Positions 9,065-17,428 of a DNA stretch of 64,000 nt are shown here, in pieces; within the stretch, counting starts at the first letter, position 1; each line of letters starts with the position of its first letter. The stretch lies in the IMG/VR virus record IMGVR_UViG_3300035182_001904; one strand, given 5' to 3'. Under the pieces are notes generated by a model, which saw nothing but the letters and a program-made list of their open reading frames with translations, did no database searches and was not told the origin of the DNA. Origin of the DNA: a virus. Position numbers and translations under genes: made by a program.

Positions 9065-9682
9065 ATGCCTTCTCGCCATCGCTGCTTCCTGCTCACGCCC
9101 ACAGATGACGTCGTTGTCACACTTCGTCGGTACGCGTTCGCGCGTGACGGCGTGCCGCCTTGTGGTCGACGGGAGTCGCGGTACCCCGGCGCTGAACTGA
9201 CGTCCTACGAGACCCATGACGTCGAGATCGAGGTCACACGCGCGGCGGGAACCCTCGAAGCGTCGCTCGACGGCGACCGCACGCAGCACACCGTTGCGCT
9301 CGACGATCCGCGCTGGCCGACCGCGTGCTCGTGTGGTTACGTGTTCCGTCCCGAAGACGCGAAGCAAGAGAGCCACACGCGGCTCTATCAACGTGGCGAC
9401 AACCAAGAGCTGGTCACGATCGGAGATGCGCCTGTCGGCGCGCTCTACGACTGGCGCGTGCTCAACGGAGACGACAGCTACCACCGCAACGGTGAGATGT
9501 CGCTCGTGTGCAAGACCCCCGCAGGTGAATGGATGATCGACGGTCCTGCGAGCAATGGGCCTGGGTGGACACGCACAGGTGCACCTCCGGATATCGATGT
9601 GACGCCATCCATCGGGATCGGTAGTCCCCAACGCATGCATGGATGGTTGCGCAATGGTTGGTTGGAAATCGACATGCCGTGA
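9065..9682 (+). CDS. hypothetical protein with DUF6527-like C-terminus
   Basis: WMIDGPASNGPGWTRTGAPPDIDVTPSI..MHGWLRNGWL. Confidence 0.6.
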   Translation: MPSRHRCFLLTPTDDVVVTLRRYAFARDGVPPCGRRESRYPGAELTSYETHDVEIEVTRAAGTLEASLDGDRTQHTVALDDPRWPTACSCGYVFRPEDAKQESHTRLYQRGDNQELVTIGDAPVGALYDWRVLNGDDSYHRNGEMSLVCKTPAGEWMIDGPASNGPGWTRTGAPPDIDVTPSIGIGSPQRMHGWLRNGWLEIDMP

Positions 9683-9694
9683 TATAGCGGCGGC

Positions 9695-10222
9695 ATGTCC
9701 ATTATCGCCGCGGTGCTCGTGTTCCTGTTCACGTCGCCCAACGACGCCGACGCCTTGCGAAGAACGGCCCCCAACGATCTGACGGCGCCGGCGGCGATGG
9801 AGCACCTGACCTCGGCACGCATCGCAGCTTCGTTCTACGGCATCGACGCGGACATGTTGCTCAGCACCGCGTACTTCGAGAGCCGCTACACCTCGAGCGT
9901 GGTGGGCCCAGTCGTAGCAGGCAAGACCGCATGCGGCGTGCTGCAGCCGACCATGGAAACGAAGTGCGTGGGCCAGACCGTGCTCGAGGACTACCTCGAC
10001 GGGGCCAAGCACCTGCAGGACTGGTATCGCGCGTGTCGTGGCAACGAGCGGTGCGCACTGCTCGGCTACGGAGGTGGCTACGCGCTGATCAAGAGCTGCG
10101 CCGAAGGCCCCGTCATGCGTGAGCGTGGTGGCCGCAAGGTCGACCTGTGCACGATCCCCGACATCCGCCAGTTCCGTGCTCGTTGGATTAAAAAAGAGCG
10201 GGCGAAGCGCTCGAACAGCTAA
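9695..10222 (+). CDS. lytic transglycosylase (SLT-like) with N-terminal signal/anchor; endolysin candidate
   Basis: AYFES (catalytic Glu), CGVLQ and ALLGYGGG motifs; hydrophobic N-terminus. Confidence 0.7.
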   Translation: MSIIAAVLVFLFTSPNDADALRRTAPNDLTAPAAMEHLTSARIAASFYGIDADMLLSTAYFESRYTSSVVGPVVAGKTACGVLQPTMETKCVGQTVLEDYLDGAKHLQDWYRACRGNERCALLGYGGGYALIKSCAEGPVMRERGGRKVDLCTIPDIRQFRARWIKKERAKRSNS

Positions 10223-10425
10223 CCGTCGCGGAACTTGAGGTCGAGCTTCTTCAGCGTGGCCGCGTTGACGATCACCTCACCCACTGTCTCGTACGCGAAC
10301 CGCGGTAGATAGTCGACCGCGCTGCCGATGCACATGAGGCACGTCGGAAACTCGTGGCAGACGTCGTACTCCGGCGTGATCCCCGAAGGGGTGACGTCGT
10401 CGTTCTCGACGACGATCGCATACAC
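10219..10425 (-). pseudogene. duplicated C-terminal half of an HC3 gene carrying the probable original tail
   Basis: contains copy 1 of the 124-bp repeat (PTCLMC) but lacks the G-x-x-H N-terminal motif. Confidence 0.6.
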
Positions 10426-10621
10426 GACAGGAACTGGTCATCGGAGACATAGAAACCTTGGCGACAAGCCCCAAGCGTTCCTGATAACAGGGTCACGCGC
10501 GAACCGCGGTAGATAGTCGACCGCGCTGCCGATGCACATGAGGCACGTCGGAAACTCGTGGCAGACGTCGTACTCCGGCGTGATCCCCGAAGGGGTGACG
10601 TCGTCGTTCTCGACGACGATC
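10294..10621 (+). repeat. perfect 124-bp direct repeat (10294-10417 and 10498-10621)
   Basis: base-by-base identical, offset 204 bp. Confidence 0.95.
10417..10497 (+). repeat. 81-bp copy of 11832-11912 (one mismatch)
   Basis: cgcatacacgacaggaactggtcatcgg..ctgataacagg(g/t)tcacg occurs at both loci. Confidence 0.95.
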
Positions 10622-10719
10622 TCGCCGCACTGGGTGTAGATATGACGGTAGCCATAGCTACCTGCGATGTGGACGATGCCGTGTTCGTCCTTCCAGCCTG
10701 GCGTGTGGATCATGATCAC
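10438..10719 (-). CDS. HC3 zinc-finger family microprotein
   Basis: DEHGIVH..TQCG..PTCLMC. Confidence 0.75.
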   Translation of the reverse strand: MIMIHTPGWKDEHGIVHIAGSYGYRHIYTQCGEIVVENDDVTPSGITPEYDVCHEFPTCLMCIGSAVDYLPRFARDPVIRNAWGLSPRFLCLR

Positions 10720-10973
10720 CTCTTACTACGCAAGTAGCGGACCAACGAACCCGATTCGACGGGATCAGAGTTCGCGCTCCACCATGTCGTTGTGTACATC
10801 TTCGCAAGGCACTGAAGACACGTAACGATCACGCCTTGGTCGATGGCGAACCAAGCTTCAGCGAGACCGCACACGGCGACATCTTCGTTGCCACGGTGAT
10901 GTACGTAGACTTCGTTCTGGTCGTAGACTGCATGGACGATACCCGTCGTAGACTTGGCAACGTAGGTACTCAC
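10716..10973 (-). CDS. HC3 family microprotein
   Basis: TTGIVH..VCG..VTCLQC; GTGA overlap. Confidence 0.75.
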   Translation of the reverse strand: MSTYVAKSTTGIVHAVYDQNEVYVHHRGNEDVAVCGLAEAWFAIDQGVIVTCLQCLAKMYTTTWWSANSDPVESGSLVRYLRSKR

Positions 10974-11245
10974 GCACCCTTGCCCAAGCACTGAAAGCAT
11001 GTGACCGCACCAGGGTCGATTGCGGGCGCGTTGTTCACCTCTTTGCGAGAGAGCCCCATGTTGTCGCACATGCGCGCCCAGCCTCGCGTCAACCGCGACC
11101 ACACCACGCGATGGGTGAGACTGTCCTCGTCCCCCATGCGGAAGGTTCCGATCCCGAACTGGCTTTCGCGCTCGTCGCAGTCTTGGAGATGGATCAACGA
11201 CCAACGGTCATCGATTTCAGACATTGTCGTGCTCCTTATCACCAC
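10970..11245 (-). CDS. HC3 family microprotein
   Basis: DEDSLTH..MCD..VTCFQC. Confidence 0.7.
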   Translation of the reverse strand: MVIRSTTMSEIDDRWSLIHLQDCDERESQFGIGTFRMGDEDSLTHRVVWSRLTRGWARMCDNMGLSRKEVNNAPAIDPGAVTCFQCLGKGA

Positions 11246-11345
11246 GCGACCTCCGCGAGGCGCTTGGCCTTGTTGAAGGTCTTCGCGAAGCTTGTCCCCT
11301 TGCCGAAGTAAGGCGCGTCAAGGGGCTTGGCGTAGTTCCATGACG

Positions 11346-11594
11346 TCACTCCTTGGCGTTTATCACGTCTGAGATCGGCTCAGCAACAATACACCGCATG
11401 CACGTGGGGAAGTCGTCGGTCTTGGTTCGGGCGTTGACGTCATCAACGGTAACGGAGTACCCGCAGAATGTTGTGTACGAAACACGCTTGACACCTCGAG
11501 ACATCTTGTACTCGGACCGATAGATGCGATGGCGGAGCTTGCGGAAGGGGTCGTGCCAATGCCAAGGCATTGTGGAACGGTAGACAAGGATCAC
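11346..11594 (-). CDS. HC3 family microprotein
   Basis: DPFRKLRH..FCG..PTCMRC. Confidence 0.7.
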   Translation of the reverse strand: MILVYRSTMPWHWHDPFRKLRHRIYRSEYKMSRGVKRVSYTTFCGYSVTVDDVNARTKTDDFPTCMRCIVAEPISDVINAKE

Positions 11595-12070
11595 GGCTTC
11601 TCGTACGTCTTCAACAACTTGTCGAGTCCAGGGTTGCGCCTCAGCCACTCATCGAAGAGCTTCGCCACTTCCTCGGAAGTGAGGCTGTACGCTTCATCGA
11701 GAACACGCCGGGGTATGTTCTGCATGTTGGGCTTGGAGCTGTTGAGCGTCGACCCGTACACCTGGGCGACCCGTGATTCTTTCTGAGTCTGTCGGAAGCT
11801 GATTCCGTCCGTACACACGCCCGATGCGCAACGCATACACGACAGGAACTGGTCATCGGAGACATAGAAACCTTGGCGACAAGCCCCAAGCGTTCCTGAT
11901 AACAGGTTCACGTAGACGCCACACTCGGTAATACCGTCCGTGGGGTAGACATGAACGTCACGCTGTTCGTAGCTCGACCCGTGTGCCGCGAGCACCATGT
12001 GCACGAGGTTGTCGTGGTAGGGCCCGCTGCTGTAGCGAAACGTCCAGCGGTCGCGCCCCAGCGGCCTCAT
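11591..12070 (-). CDS. HC3 family protein with a family-A-polymerase-like C-terminal fragment
   Basis: DNLVH..ECG..LSCMRC, then RQTQK..VYG..SSKPNMQNIPRR..EEVAKLFDEWLRRNPGL. Confidence 0.7.
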   Translation of the reverse strand: MRPLGRDRWTFRYSSGPYHDNLVHMVLAAHGSSYEQRDVHVYPTDGITECGVYVNLLSGTLGACRQGFYVSDDQFLSCMRCASGVCTDGISFRQTQKESRVAQVYGSTLNSSKPNMQNIPRRVLDEAYSLTSEEVAKLFDEWLRRNPGLDKLLKTYEKP

Positions 12071-12276
12071 CGGCTCTCCCATGCGATGCACTCCAGGCAT
12101 GTGGGTATTCGATTTCCCGCTTGAATCTCATCGCTTCCAAAGTAGCGGCCGCACCACGTCTGATACGCAGTAAGGCTGCGTCCGGGGAAATTCACGATGT
12201 GGACGATGCCAACGCCATCAACGACGGTGTACTCGCTACGTTTTGATGTCACGTTCACAGCCCGGCTCCCAGGCAT
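12067..12276 (-). CDS. HC3 family microprotein
   Basis: DGVGIVH..WCG..PTCLEC. Confidence 0.75.
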   Translation of the reverse strand: MPGSRAVNVTSKRSEYTVVDGVGIVHIVNFPGRSLTAYQTWCGRYFGSDEIQAGNRIPTCLECIAWESR

Positions 12277-12469
12277 TCTGCCCGTCGAGCTGCCCGGATG
12301 TCCATGACGCAGCGGCGTAGACGCCCGCTTCGAAGGAGCGGCAGCCCACCGCTGCGATGGTGAGGTTGCGCACGAGGTTCATGACCCAGCGGGTCTGCAG
12401 GGCCTCGAGCATCTCCTGACGGATTAGCTCGGTGCGCAAGACGCGCGTGTCCTCGTTGTCGCGACTCAC
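12236..12469 (-). CDS. hypothetical protein
   Basis: GTGA-coupled ORF. Confidence 0.5.
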   Translation of the reverse strand: MSRDNEDTRVLRTELIRQEMLEALQTRWVMNLVRNLTIAAVGCRSFEAGVYAAASWTSGQLDGQNAWEPGCERDIKT

Positions 12470-12972
12470 GGCGCCGCTTTCAACCGTTCGAGGTGGGCCT
12501 CGAGGTGCACGAGCGCATCGTCGAGCGTCGCGAACGTGGCGGGCCGCGTCTCCATCATCTCCGCACGACAACCAACGGCGTGGCCGTCGAACTGAGCGAT
12601 GCGGTTGCAGTTACAGCGATACATCTCGTAGTACTGCTTCCGTGCCTTCACGATGTCGATCGCGGCTTGCACCCCCTTCTGCTCTTCTGTGCCGTCCGCG
12701 AGCCCTCGACCGTAGATACACTCGAGCTTCTCGCTCAGGTACGCGATGTGGAGCGGTGCGAACGGCAGGTGGATGTCGCCGTGCACGTTCGCGTGCACCC
12801 ACTCGATGCCAGAGCTGTCGGCTTCGTGGCAGAGCTTGATGTACTCGTTCATCAGGCCCGTGAACTCGATGAAGGCGTGGCAGCCCGAGGCCACCGCAGC
12901 CCTGTAGAACGCGTTCGAGGCGGCGTGCATCTTCGCAAGAATCGCGGCACGCTCTTCGTGGGTTTCTTTCAT
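12466..12972 (-). CDS. hypothetical protein
   Basis: 168-aa helical ORF with strong GC3 bias. Confidence 0.7.
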   Translation of the reverse strand: MKETHEERAAILAKMHAASNAFYRAAVASGCHAFIEFTGLMNEYIKLCHEADSSGIEWVHANVHGDIHLPFAPLHIAYLSEKLECIYGRGLADGTEEQKGVQAAIDIVKARKQYYEMYRCNCNRIAQFDGHAVGCRAEMMETRPATFATLDDALVHLEAHLERLKAAP

Positions 12973-13199
12973 CAGTCCTTCGCTTTCACGATGCACTGGA
13001 GGCACGTGATGAGAGGGCAGTGCTCGCGGTCGTATTCGACGACGGGCGTTCGTACCTGGATGGTGGTGTCGCAGAGCAACACCGTTGAGAACGAACCGCT
13101 GACCATCGGCAAGCGCCCCACTCGATGCAGGAGGCCGTCGATGTTCGCGGTCCACACCTTGACGCTGAGAGTGGCGAACACCTGGGCCTCCTCGAACAT
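12972..13199 (-). CDS. HC3 family microprotein
   Basis: IDGLLH..LCD..ITCLQC. Confidence 0.7.
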   Translation of the reverse strand: MFEEAQVFATLSVKVWTANIDGLLHRVGRLPMVSGSFSTVLLCDTTIQVRTPVVEYDREHCPLITCLQCIVKAKD

Positions 13200-13284
13200 A
13201 CGTAGGTAGTTCCACGACGGATCGAGCGCAGACCGCGCCCGAGGAACCACCCGGAGACGCGAGCCCCCAGCGTTGCGATCCAGG

Positions 13285-13455
13285 TTACGGGCTCTTCAAA
13301 CACTCGGGCTTCACCATCGTCTTGACGGTGTCCTCGACCTTGCTCTCGTAGCTCCACGAGTAGTGAGCCGTGCGCTCGAGGTACCAACCTCCGACAGCAA
13401 GGGCGCCCGCGAAGATGAGCACGAGGGCGTAGATGGCGACTTGCTTGGCGTTCAT
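13285..13455 (-). CDS. small membrane protein
   Basis: MNAKQVAIYALVLIFAGALAVGGWY. Confidence 0.6.
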   Translation of the reverse strand: MNAKQVAIYALVLIFAGALAVGGWYLERTAHYSWSYESKVEDTVKTMVKPECLKSP

Positions 13456-13780
13456 GTCTTGGCTTTCTCCTGTTCCTTGTACGCGCGCATCAACGCCTCC
13501 TGCTTGAGACGCTCGGGCCAGTAGACCTCGGGCAGGCTGTAGTAGGCGCCCTTCGCCTCGACGAGTGGTCACGAATCTCCACGCACAGCAGGCACGTCTT
13601 GTATGAACTGGGGGAACCGTCCCAGACGCCGCTCGAGTAGTCGTACTTCGTGCCCTTGGGGATGGGCTCACGACACTCCGAGCACGTGTGCTCCTTGCGC
13701 GCCTTGCGGACCGCCCTGGACGCGCACGTAGGGCCTTCACCATCGTTGCCTTGCAGCGGGCAGCAAACAACGGTGCTCAT
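13452..13780 (-). pseudogene. zinc-ribbon protein interrupted by a frameshift or deletion near 13562
   Basis: RKARKEHTCSEC..YKTCLLC in one frame; VEAKGAYYSLPEVYWPERL..KT-stop in another frame, ending in an ATGA overlap with the next gene. Confidence 0.55.
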
Positions 13781-13965
13781 GAACGCCCTGTGTAGAGGTG
13801 GGCGTAGGCGACGCACGGGATGCACGTCGGCGGACCTTCGACCTCAGGATAGCCGCCTGTATGATCGCCGTGCGGTGCCATACATACGGTCATGTAGGTA
13901 CGGGCCTGTTCGATGTGAACAAGCCCGTCTCTAGGGAAAATCAAGATGAACCGTTGCCGATTCAC
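13777..13965 (-). CDS. HC3 family microprotein
   Basis: RDGLVH..VCM..PTCIPC. Confidence 0.7.
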   Translation of the reverse strand: MNRQRFILIFPRDGLVHIEQARTYMTVCMAPHGDHTGGYPEVEGPPTCIPCVAYAHLYTGRS

Positions 13966-13985
13966 CGTGCGTCGAACTGCAGGCG

Positions 13986-14234
13986 CTAGGCGGTCGCGTC
14001 CTTGATGATCTTGTTCAGGACGCTCGTGTCGACCGGACGGGCCACACGGCGCGGCATCATCTTGAGCTTGACACCCTCCTTGCGGAGGCGGGTCGACATC
14101 GCCGACACCGTGTTGCGAGACAGGCCCGTCGCTGCGACGACCTCCGCCACGTTGTTCGCCTTGGTCCAGTTCTTCACGAAAGCCTCGTACGAGTACGGGG
14201 CGCTCTTCTTGCCGTTGCCGTTGGTCTTTGACAT
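13986..14234 (-). CDS. small basic HTH-like DNA-binding protein
   Basis: NVAEVVAATGLSRNTVSAMSTRLRKEGV. Confidence 0.6.
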   Translation of the reverse strand: MSKTNGNGKKSAPYSYEAFVKNWTKANNVAEVVAATGLSRNTVSAMSTRLRKEGVKLKMMPRRVARPVDTSVLNKIIKDATA

Positions 14235-14254
14235 GAGTCGTTTTTGGCATAGAG

Positions 14255-14270
14255 CTTGACCTCCGTCAAG
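14255..14270. promoter_or_regulatory. palindrome CTTGAC-N4-GTCAAG (operator candidate)
   Basis: intergenic, upstream of the HTH gene; a related palindrome lies at 40659. Confidence 0.4.
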
Positions 14271-14297
14271 AGTTACGTTGGTACGATAAACAAGACC

Positions 14298-14525
14298 CTA
14301 GAAATCACCCCACGGTCTGTCAGCCCACATCCAGTCGTGCATCGTCACTCCTGCAGCGCAACCCATGCACGACACCGGCTGTTCCGTTGCCTCGGTGTCA
14401 CCTGTCATCAGGCCACACTTGAACCAAGGCCACTCGGACCGCATGTCGCGGTCGTTCTTCTCACCGAGATGTACGAGCCCCGTACGTCGGTCTAGGAAAC
14501 GGTCAGAGATCAACCGCGGAGGCAT
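14298..14525 (-). CDS. HC3 family microprotein
   Basis: DRRTGLVH..KCG..VSCMGC. Confidence 0.7.
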   Translation of the reverse strand: MPPRLISDRFLDRRTGLVHLGEKNDRDMRSEWPWFKCGLMTGDTEATEQPVSCMGCAAGVTMHDWMWADRPWGDF

Positions 14526-14934
14526 GGATGATGTGCTCCTTAGCGAGGCAGCCGAAGCAAGTGACGGCCTCGTCGGTGGACAGGATGTACATCGAGTCGA
14601 CGGTCTCGTCGTCACAGAAACGCTTCCAGACGGTCTCGCCGTGCCCACTGATGTACGGGTACATCCCGACGTGGTGGGTAAGCGCGGCCGTGCCGAGTTC
14701 GCGCCACTTGTGGAACGGCGGCACGTACGACAGCGGTGTCATCATCAAGACCTGGTGGGTGAAGGACTGCTGCGACAGTTTCGCCTTGATGGTGTCGCCG
14801 ATGAGGTTCTGCATCGCGACGGTCTGGGTCGGCGTCAGCTGCTCGCCGATCTTGTGCTTGAGCGCGTCCCTGAGGGTCCCGCTCATGTGGTCCATGGTCT
14901 TCTTCAGCCGCTTCTTACGTTGGCGCTTGTTCAC
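14503..14934 (-). CDS. protein with C-terminal HC3 module
   Basis: basic helical N-terminus, then ALTH..FCD..VTCFGC. Confidence 0.7.
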   Translation of the reverse strand: MNKRQRKKRLKKTMDHMSGTLRDALKHKIGEQLTPTQTVAMQNLIGDTIKAKLSQQSFTHQVLMMTPLSYVPPFHKWRELGTAALTHHVGMYPYISGHGETVWKRFCDDETVDSMYILSTDEAVTCFGCLAKEHIIHASAVDL

Positions 14935-15391
14935 GGGCGATGCACTCCAAGCACGTCACGAGGCGGGTCTCCTTCGGGAGGTAGGCACGGACGCGGTCCC
15001 GTGCCTCCTCACCCTGCCAGAAGAACGGACGCTCGCACAACGCGAGACCGTGCTGGTCCGCATATGGCCACAAGGCCACGATGTGTGCAAGCTCGGTGTC
15101 GACGTCGACCATGACGAAACGCTCGTTCACGTGCGCGTCGTTGAGCCTGCAGTCCTCGATGGTCATGTTCTCGTCTTCGACCTGTTCGCAGTAGAGGTCG
15201 TAGCAGCGAGCCCACTCACCCTCGCGGTGGCACTGCTTGATGATGGTCCGCAGGTTGTCGTCGGTGACCTCGTTGTCGAGGTTGTCCATCACGAGATCCG
15301 CACGCGCTTCGAGCGCAGCCTCGTGGGTTGCGTACGCAGAGACGTCGGTCCCGTGACGGTGCTCGTAGTAGATGACGAACACGCGTTGCAT
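14915..15391 (-). CDS. protein with C-terminal HC3 module
   Basis: unrelated N-terminus, then DTELAH..LCE..VTCLEC. Confidence 0.7.
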   Translation of the reverse strand: MQRVFVIYYEHRHGTDVSAYATHEAALEARADLVMDNLDNEVTDDNLRTIIKQCHREGEWARCYDLYCEQVEDENMTIEDCRLNDAHVNERFVMVDVDTELAHIVALWPYADQHGLALCERPFFWQGEEARDRVRAYLPKETRLVTCLECIAREQAPT

Positions 15392-15729
15392 CAGTCCAGC
15401 CCTCCCATGGCCACGCAACGCAGACACGTCGGCGCTTCGTGGACGTTCCACGCGACGACGGTGAAGCGGAGCTTCGCAGCGATCGGAGAGCCGGGCGACG
15501 TCATCGCGTCGTGCATGTCGACGTTGGGCAGATTGTGCGACCCGGCCCAGGGCAACCGTTGCGGGTTCGCGACCATCGTGACCGCGGGATGACAGGCCGT
15601 CGCGACGTGGAGCGCCGAGATCAAGCTCTCGTTGGCATCGTCGAAGAAGCGCATCACCGAGGCCATGTGCACGAGGCCGTCCTTGTCACGAACGGCCCAG
15701 ATGTTCCGTTGGGGACGGAGCCGCGTCAT
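15391..15729 (-). CDS. HC3 family protein with a long loop
   Basis: DKDGLVH..ACH..PTCLRC. Confidence 0.7.
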   Translation of the reverse strand: MTRLRPQRNIWAVRDKDGLVHMASVMRFFDDANESLISALHVATACHPAVTMVANPQRLPWAGSHNLPNVDMHDAMTSPGSPIAAKLRFTVVAWNVHEAPTCLRCVAMGGLD

Positions 15730-15965
15730 CGCCGCGCCCCAGGTCGCTGCGGGCAGAACCGGTTCTCGTGCGGCCCCAGGCACACCGTGCAGTGCGTCTT
15801 GCCCGTCTTGATCTCCAGCTCGATCGAGTCAGCGGTCTTGCGGAACATCTCGGCGCGGTTCCGATGAACCCCTCCGTAATGCCCGCGACCTTCTTCGTAC
15901 GAAGCCCAGCGCAGCTCGTCGTCGGCGAGCTTGTTCCAGTGGGCCGCGGATTCTTGCGTCGTCAT
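15726..15965 (-). CDS. hypothetical protein with CxxC-H-C tail
   Basis: HCTVCLGPHENRFCP. Confidence 0.6.
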   Translation of the reverse strand: MTTQESAAHWNKLADDELRWASYEEGRGHYGGVHRNRAEMFRKTADSIELEIKTGKTHCTVCLGPHENRFCPQRPGARR

Positions 15966-16192
15966 GATTCTTTCTCCTGACCAGCGCCGCTCGAGGGCGG
16001 TGCGATCGCGCAGTAGAGGCACGTGAACGGCGTAGTCGTCGGCTTGATGGGCAGGATGTCGCGTTCGAGGAATCGCACGGGGTCGTTGTGGTGCGCGAAG
16101 TCCCGCCGACACGCCGTGAGGCCGTACTCGTACTTCGTCTCCGGAACGCGTACCAGGTGCACGAGCCCATCGAAGAGAGCGAGCACATTCAT
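15962..16192 (-). CDS. HC3 family microprotein
   Basis: FDGLVH..ACR..FTCLYC. Confidence 0.75.
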   Translation of the reverse strand: MNVLALFDGLVHLVRVPETKYEYGLTACRRDFAHHNDPVRFLERDILPIKPTTTPFTCLYCAIAPPSSGAGQEKES

Positions 16193-16620
16193 TCGTCGGG
16201 CCAGACCGGATGGACCTCTTCCATCTTGCCGTTGTTGAAGACCCAACGCCACACCATGCCGTCTTCGCCCGCCATCTGGAGGTAGCTTCCATGCTCGACG
16301 AACGGTGCGACCGCGCGCCAGAGAACAGGATCGTCACCCAGCTTCTCGCCGTTGAAGCTGATACCCACGACGTCGCCTGTCTTCTCGTCGGCGTGCGCTT
16401 CGTAGCGCCACGCTTCGAACGCGACCTCGAGCGTCTTGGCGAGATAGAACTCGTCCGTGGTGACCCACGAGAAATGGCGTGAGCAGCCGTGCGAACCCCA
16501 CGAACCACCACCCATCTTGGACTCGTCCTCGGCGAGCGCACGGATGGCCTCGAGGGCTTTGCTCTTGTTGGCGGCCTTGATGAAGAAGTGCGATTCCATG
16601 AGCGAGATGCAGTAGCCCAC
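16189..16620 (-). CDS. phage hypothetical protein
   Basis: FNGEKLGDD..LAGEDG.VWRWVF-type pattern; coupled ORF. Confidence 0.7.
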   Translation of the reverse strand: MGYCISLMESHFFIKAANKSKALEAIRALAEDESKMGGGSWGSHGCSRHFSWVTTDEFYLAKTLEVAFEAWRYEAHADEKTGDVVGISFNGEKLGDDPVLWRAVAPFVEHGSYLQMAGEDGMVWRWVFNNGKMEEVHPVWPDE

Positions 16621-16622
16621 GA

Positions 16623-16835
16623 CTACGCGCTCCCAAACCGGAACGAGATGAAGCACGGGTCACCGTCTTCGTCGCTCACGAAGAACCCCCGCTCGTCGAG
16701 CTTCTTCTTGTCCTCCTCCGTGACATCACTGGGGTCGATACCGCAGATCGTCAGCACGTCGTGCTCGCAGTGCGTTGGGTTCCGTGGGTTGCCGTACTTG
16801 AGCAGGAGGGTCAGGGCTTCGATGAGGTCCTTCAC
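16623..16835 (-). CDS. phage hypothetical protein
   Basis: LIEALTLLLKYGNPRNPTHCEHDVL..GF..F.SFRFGSA. Confidence 0.7.
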   Translation of the reverse strand: MKDLIEALTLLLKYGNPRNPTHCEHDVLTICGIDPSDVTEEDKKKLDERGFFVSDEDGDPCFISFRFGSA

Positions 16836-17089
16836 GATGCCGGCTCCTCGGCCTTCGCCTTGCCTGGCTGCGGGCTGCGGATCCATTCCTCCTGAGCGAA
16901 CAGCACGCACGCACCGTCGACCTTCATGTCGTGCGGGCCGGCGGGCTGCAGCTCGAACAGCTTCGGCGTGCCGTCATCGTTGTACTCGACGATCTTGAAC
17001 GGCATGGACTTGAGGACGATGCCACCAGGCAGATGGAGCTGCGACGGGATGGTCTTGGGTCCGGCGGTCTTCTTGGTCGATGACTTCAC
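16832..17089 (-). CDS. hypothetical protein
   Basis: coupled ORF. Confidence 0.6.
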   Translation of the reverse strand: MKSSTKKTAGPKTIPSQLHLPGGIVLKSMPFKIVEYNDDGTPKLFELQPAGPHDMKVDGACVLFAQEEWIRSPQPGKAKAEEPAS

Positions 17090-17245
17090 GATTCTTCCTT
17101 GAGTTCTCCGCTAGGGAGGGTTTGTGGGTGGCGCTTCCACCACGCCTTGAACTGCGTGTTCAGGTACTCGATGTCGTAGCCCACGTACAATGCGGCGCCG
17201 GCCTGAAACGCCTGCCACGCGATGTCGGCCGGACGGAGGAGAGGC

Positions 17246-17425
17246 TTACGCGGTCTTGCCTTCTTGGGCGGCATCGCGTTCCTTTCGTTGCCTGCGCTCG
17301 GCACGCGTCAGGCGCCAGCGCACAGGGCCGTTGGTGCCGTACTGGTACGTGTGCCTGCCCTTGTGGTTCATAGGCAACGTGCAGCGGTACAACGTGCTGT
17401 GGTGCTTGATGTTGCACGCCGTCAT
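17246..17425 (-). CDS. small Cys/His protein (59 aa, below the ORF track cutoff)
   Basis: manual translation MTACNIKHHSTLYRCTLPMNHKGRH. Confidence 0.5.
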   Translation of the reverse strand: MTACNIKHHSTLYRCTLPMNHKGRHTYQYGTNGPVRWRLTRAERRQRKERDAAQEGKTA

Positions 17426-17428
17426 TCG

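Noticed and set aside
10294-11912. Diversity-generating retroelement (template/variable repeat pair) as the source of HC3 variation
   Set aside because: No reverse transcriptase in the window. The 124-bp copies are identical, and the 81-bp copy has only one A-to-C change, far too few for adenine-specific mutagenesis.
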